64,000 nucleotides of DNA from Octopus sinensis (lineage: Eukaryota). A model generated the notes under the pieces. It did no database searches. It was given only the letters and a program-made list of their open reading frames with translations, and was not told the origin of the DNA. Position 1 is the first letter of the stretch, and each line of letters begins with the position of its first letter. Shown here one piece after another: positions 59,801 to 64,000 of the stretch. The position numbers and the translations under genes are program-made. The stretch lies in contig NC_042997.1 of the NCBI RefSeq assembly GCF_006345805.1, forward strand, positions 139,686,001-139,750,000, in the 5' to 3' direction.

Positions 59801-62589
59801 TATTCCTATATATCAAGGCACAAATATTTTTTAAACAGATGACAAGTGCACAGCATATCAAACCTTGTGAGAGGCAAATGCATCTGTTATTGTCATTAAT
59901 CACTACAGTGACAAAGTTTGTCTCATTGCAATATATATTGTATTTTTAACACAGCAAATCTATGAAGATGTTTTTATCTCAGACCAATCCACAGTATCAT
60001 ACCATCTAATGGTATATATACATTTTGTATGATAAGTAAATTTTAATTTTTAAACTCTCTTTTGTTTACTGTAACATTTTATTTTTATTCCTGGTGATGA
60101 TACTTTTCTTATATACGGTATACAGGTTTATCAATGTCTTTGGTGAAGACAGCTGATGATGGTAGCCAGCAGATGTTTACATTTGAGCACAATCATCAAT
60201 ATCAAGAAATTCAGTTCAAATTCTATGATGCTGTTGAATCATTAAACACAAACACTATTGCTGTATGTATACCATTGTGTGTTTATATTTGTTTGTTTGA
60301 TTAGCCCTGATTAAGGAGACCAAAATTGAAAGACATTCTAGTTAGTCTGTTTTGTCTTTTCAGACACAATCTATCTTATACTAAGGTGCTGAGTTCACTT
60401 AACTGTATAAGCTATTTATGTACTTTTTTTGTTCCTTTAAATGTTTTTCCATACTTGCATGAGTTGGATGAATATGTTTGTTGAAGCCTAGGTAATTTTT
60501 TTTTACAGCTGGATGCCTTGTATGAATAAGAAGGGAATTCCTGAAGGCTGATGTTCTGGAGGAATAATTTGGCATAGAGTATAGAAGTTAATATGGGTAA
60601 CAAAAGGAGTAGAGTTGAATGAGCCTAGATAGTAGTTGTACAAAACTCATCAGATCTAAGGAGCAGTGGCTATTGTAGTTGCAGACCAGATGTTGGACTC
60701 TGTTGGAGAGCAATTCCTTGCCAATCAGTCAGATTTTTTTTATGCAGTCTACAATACTTGTATGTACAATAGCAACATGTTTTCAGTTGTGGCAGAATCT
60801 TTCACTTTGGGCTTAACTTGAGCTCTGTAGAGATTAACTGTTGAGAGTTGATGCATTTTCTAACTATAAAGTGGAAAGCCAGTCTTTGGGTTGCAGGATT
60901 TCTTTTGCAATACTGTTTATGTGAAATCACCAGAGAGCTCATGAATAATTGCAAGGTCTAGCAGTTTAGTTGCATATGTTTCTGATATATTTAGTACATG
61001 AGATGTGAGATAAATAGTATCACTGCTTGAACCAAGTAAGTGATGTTTATTTGAATCAAGATAGTCTGCTACATTCATTAATTCACTGTTCAGTTTTCTT
61101 TCAAAAAGTGTTTTATCATCCTTTTCACTGAGAATACATTTAGTTGTTGTGTTATCATTAAAGTGAAGTCGATGTACATTTGTAGTTGTATGCATTTCAT
61201 CATCATTTTAATGCCTACTTTTCCATATTTGCATGGGTCAGCCAGACGGAATTTGTTGAGACAGGTTTTCTTTTGTCGGGTGCCCTTCTTGTTGCCAACC
61301 CTTACCTGTTTCCAAGTAGGGTAATATTTCCTTATGACCGGTCATGTTTTCATGGAATATTGAACATGAAGGACATCTTATTTACAACTATCACATATTG
61401 TCCAAGCAAAGAGACAGTAGTATACATACACACACACACAATGAGATTCTTTCAGTTACTGCTTACCAAATCCACTCATAAAGGTTTGGTTGGCCTGGGA
61501 CCATAATAGAAGACACTTGTCCAAGGGACTTGCCCTTGGGACTGAACCTATAGTTGGGAAGCAAACTTCAACCAGCTAGCCACCCTTGCGCCTACCCACA
61601 CAGCCATGCTGTACCTACTTTGTTTCTACAAATTGTAAATATGAACAACTTCATTATTGAAACCTGAAGGATACGTATTAGTTTCTAGATCTCTAACATT
61701 AACCAATTCTAGACACTGCATCTTATTCATTAATCAACTTTAAAATTACATACATACTTTGTATACTGGGGGGTCTAATTGTTATTTGATATCAAAAGCT
61801 TCTTTGTAGATCTAGAAATAAATATTGCAGAAGTAATTTGGGGTGGTGTTCTACTCCAATATTAATGGTTAGCTAGTAAAAGTATCTTTCCATGTCTTTA
61901 AAAACATTATGGTGTGGTTTGAGAGCGATTTCAGTGATATTTTGGAGCTTTGTTTTTGTGTATCTATGTATGTGTATGAGAGTTTCTCATATCCCATTTG
62001 TTTAAGGTTTGACTATATTATTCTAAGAATAATTTCATATAGAATGTATATACATACCTGTCTGTGTGCACACACATATCAGCCATTTTATCACTTAAAA
62101 TATTGTATAAATTCTTTCCTTTATACCCTTTTGAAAACAATTTTTTTCCAAGTTGTGCAATATTATTTATTTAAACTAAGAAATAATCTTTTAAGGTTTG
62201 TGCTTGATTTGTTTAATAAAATTCAAGTAATGGCTCTTTTATGATATTAGCTTTTCCTTAACTGGTGGTATTTTTTTACCTAGTTAAGAATATTTTGCCT
62301 AAGTTTTTAGACTTGGACTTTCCAGTTTATCTTTAGATTGTGGTGGGACAACATTTAGAGTCCTTATTTCACATCAGGATGTATGGATATATAGATTCTA
62401 GATTCTTCTACCTATGCATGTAATATAAATGGATTGTGTCTATCTTCAATTTCACAAATTAAAGTTTTCAAATTTTGTTTTGATCTCAGGATATTCTCCA
62501 AGACCATCCGTATCATATTGACAGTCTTATTCAATTCAGTGAAATCTGTAAAAATGGAGAGGACCTCAACAGAGCTAAAGAATTAATAG
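47850..62589 (+). CDS. TCF25: Transcription factor 25 / Rqc1 (ribosome quality control subunit), 3'-incomplete
   Basis: Exons 47850-48035, 52726-52920, 53079-53212, 53324-53389, 57730-57809, 60126-60262, 62490-62589 with consistent phases. MSSRALRRLQ, NRFDL, VEHRHLNPEYELKRLFGSR, WLSTPKDNW, GLSM, FEH..QYQ, AVES and PYHIDSLIQFSE match TCF25. Confidence 0.96.
48494..48884. mobile_element. MITE with long CpG-rich TIRs and an internal TTAGGG tract
   Basis: TACTACTAGTGAACAGTGGTCCCGGTGCGCGCA...GTCGATCC pairs with GGATCGAC...TGCGCGCACCGGGACCACTGTTCGCTAGTAGTA (TA at both ends). The interior has a duplicated A/T-rich block and GGTTAGGGTTAGGGTTA at about 48786-48802. Confidence 0.85.
50036..50149. other. 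114-bp fold-back sharing its core with the retrozyme direct repeat
   Basis: Arms ATGTAAGGTATACTAGCCATCTCA / TGAGATGGCTCTTATACTTTACAT. The core cctggggctacaa.ctacagta.ca.ccacccTTA..ggttagccatatt..atggc matches 13051-13110. Confidence 0.7.
50284..50507 (+). repeat. 112-bp tandem duplication inside the CR1 remnant
   Basis: gtatgaaaaaagagctactgaacgactac...tatagaaaatagta occurs twice. Confidence 0.9.
53795..53930 (+). mobile_element. tRNA-derived SINE (family B) head
   Basis: ggcagaatcattag...ttctgagtacaaattcc...ctttgcttttcatcctttc, homologous to 62800-63008. Confidence 0.7.
54236..54735 (-). mobile_element. RTE LINE 3'-UTR copy
   Basis: (CAT)n start, common tail and several ~64-bp units in reverse orientation. 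Confidence 0.8.
54745..54935 (+). mobile_element. SINE (family C) 3' portion
   Basis: cctgtgatggaccggcgtcccgtccagg resembles the V-SINE central domain. Ends in an (AAC)-rich tail. Confidence 0.5.
55190..56893 (+). mobile_element. 5'-truncated RTE LINE with RT domain, defective
   Basis: IPNDW..STIV, NYRGIKLL, QFGFVPGRSTIDAIF..RQLQEK, AFVDIEKAFDRV and GVHQGS are present; the YADD region is deleted. Then FRYL, RIRIAWAKF, LHNSETW, the 3'-UTR and a (GAT)n tail. Confidence 0.92.
57254..57466. mobile_element. Complete TTAA MITE (~215-bp family)
   Basis: TTAA|CCCTTTAACATT...AATGCTAAAGAG|TTAA. Confidence 0.8.
60480..61150 (-). mobile_element. Decayed CR1/L2-type LINE fragment
   Basis: Minus strand LFERKLNSELMNVADYLDSNK and LYRAQVKPK-like remnants, with many stops. 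Confidence 0.55.
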
Positions 62590-62799
62590 GTATTTATTGA
62601 TAAATTCTTTTTTTTTCCATTCTGTCAAATTCAACATAATTTTTAATTTTGCATTGAATTCCTTTCCATCTTGTTTTGAAACATTTAGAATTTTAATAAA
62701 ACTTAAGTAAATTATATAATATTTACATACCAATTCTAGAAATGCATTTAATGTGTAAATTGGTATATCCAATAAATTAATACCTATTTCTTTACTACC

Positions 62800-63008
62800 C
62801 ACAATGGGCTAAACACAGAGAGGACAAACAAGGACAGACAAGTGGATTAAGTCGATTATATCGACCCCAGTGCGTAACTGGTACTTAATTTATCGACCCC
62901 GAAAGGATGAAAGGCAAAGTCGACCTTGGCGGAATTTGAACTCAGAACGTAACGGCAGATGAAATACGGTTACGCATTTCGCCCGGCATGCTAACAATTC
63001 TGCCAGCT
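62800..63008 (-). mobile_element. tRNA-derived SINE (family B), young copy
   Basis: The reverse complement starts with a tRNA-like head (ctggcagaattgttagc...ttctgagttcaaattccgcc). CpGs are retained. Confidence 0.8.
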
Positions 63009-63609
63009 GTGTGCAGTGACTATATAAGAGATGTATTCGGAGGCGAAAATGGGTTAGATGGGTGCTGATGGAGGGGCAAAAACCCTGAAACATGGCATAT
63101 ACACTCATTACCAATTTTTGTCTTTGACCTCATTGTTTGTTTACATCTGACATCTCAGTATGAAACATTGTAGAAAAAAAATCAGTGCTGGCTATAATTT
63201 CTACCAAACATCTGTAGAAATAACCTTGACAAATTATATAAGATATATGCATGTGTGTGGTTATGTAGTCAAGTAATTCACTTCACAACCACATATGGTA
63301 CTGGTTTTGATATAACTATAGAGCCTTAAGTAAGTTGCTTCTAAAATAGACCCAAGTAAACCAAGACTTGACAGTAAAAGCTGAAATTGTTTAGAAACAT
63401 CAGATGTCTTGACATATCTGTGTGTGTGTGTGTATTATATGTTAAATAGATGTACAATTGCTACTGTTATGTTTAGAATTCCACAGAAATTTTCAAAATC
63501 CAGTTTGTGTTCTGTATAGTTGTTATAAACTGAAGAGAAAATATTGGTAAAATAGGGATAAACGCAAGTTTACATTAATGTTCCATTAAGTATATGAGTG
63601 CATGTATGT

Positions 63610-63826
63610 ATATTCTTTTACTTGTTTCAGTCATTTGACTGTGGCCATGCTGGACCACTGCTTTTAGTCAAAGAAGTCGACCCCAGGACTTATTCTTTGT
63701 AAGCCTAGTACTTATTCTATTGGGCTCCTTTGCCGAACTGCTAAGTTTCAGGGAAGTGAAGACACCAACATCAGTTGTCAAGCAATGGTTGGGGGACAAA
63801 CACAAATACACACACACAGATGTATG

Positions 63827-63860
<34 letters not shown>

Positions 63861-64000
63861 TATATTATATATGATGAGCTTCTTTCAGTTTCTGTCCACC
63901 AAATCCACTCACAAGGCTTTGGTCAGCCTGAGGCTATTGTAGAAGACACTGGTCCAAGGTGCCATGCAGTGGGACTGAACCCAGAACCATGTGGTTGGGA
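63610..64000 (-). mobile_element. tRNA-derived SINE (family A), running off the window
   Basis: ttttacttgtttcagtcatttgactgtggccatgctgg, a central CA/TA microsatellite, then gacactggtccaaggtgccatgcagtgggactgaacccagaaccatgtggttgg. Confidence 0.8.

Overview
AT-rich, intron-rich eukaryotic genomic DNA. The (GAT)n-tailed RTE LINE tails, tRNA-derived SINEs and TTAA MITEs look like an octopod cephalopod genome; this is inference from repeat content only. Three spliced genes can be assembled by hand with GT-AG junctions and compatible phases. (1) CENP-T (+, 5'-incomplete, 2966-35953) has an Ndc80-binding TP motif and a C-terminal histone fold, and is about three times the length of human CENP-T because of one 3.8-kb acidic exon carrying a 27-bp coding minisatellite and a 1-nt frame break. 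(2) Mitochondrial RBFA (-, complete, 326 aa). (3) TCF25/Rqc1 (+, 3'-incomplete), head-to-head with RBFA, ATGs about 500 bp apart. The introns hold Tc1, maT/DD37D and mariner elements, TTAA MITEs, a Helitron, RTE/CR1/Penelope remnants and SINEs. The most notable non-coding element lies in a CENP-T intron: a 470-bp terminally redundant insert (349-nt monomer) containing an intact minimal type I hammerhead ribozyme at the tip of a long hairpin, the architecture of a non-LTR retrozyme. A diverged copy of its repeat module forms a fold-back at 50.0 kb. All calls were made by eye, without database searches or folding software.
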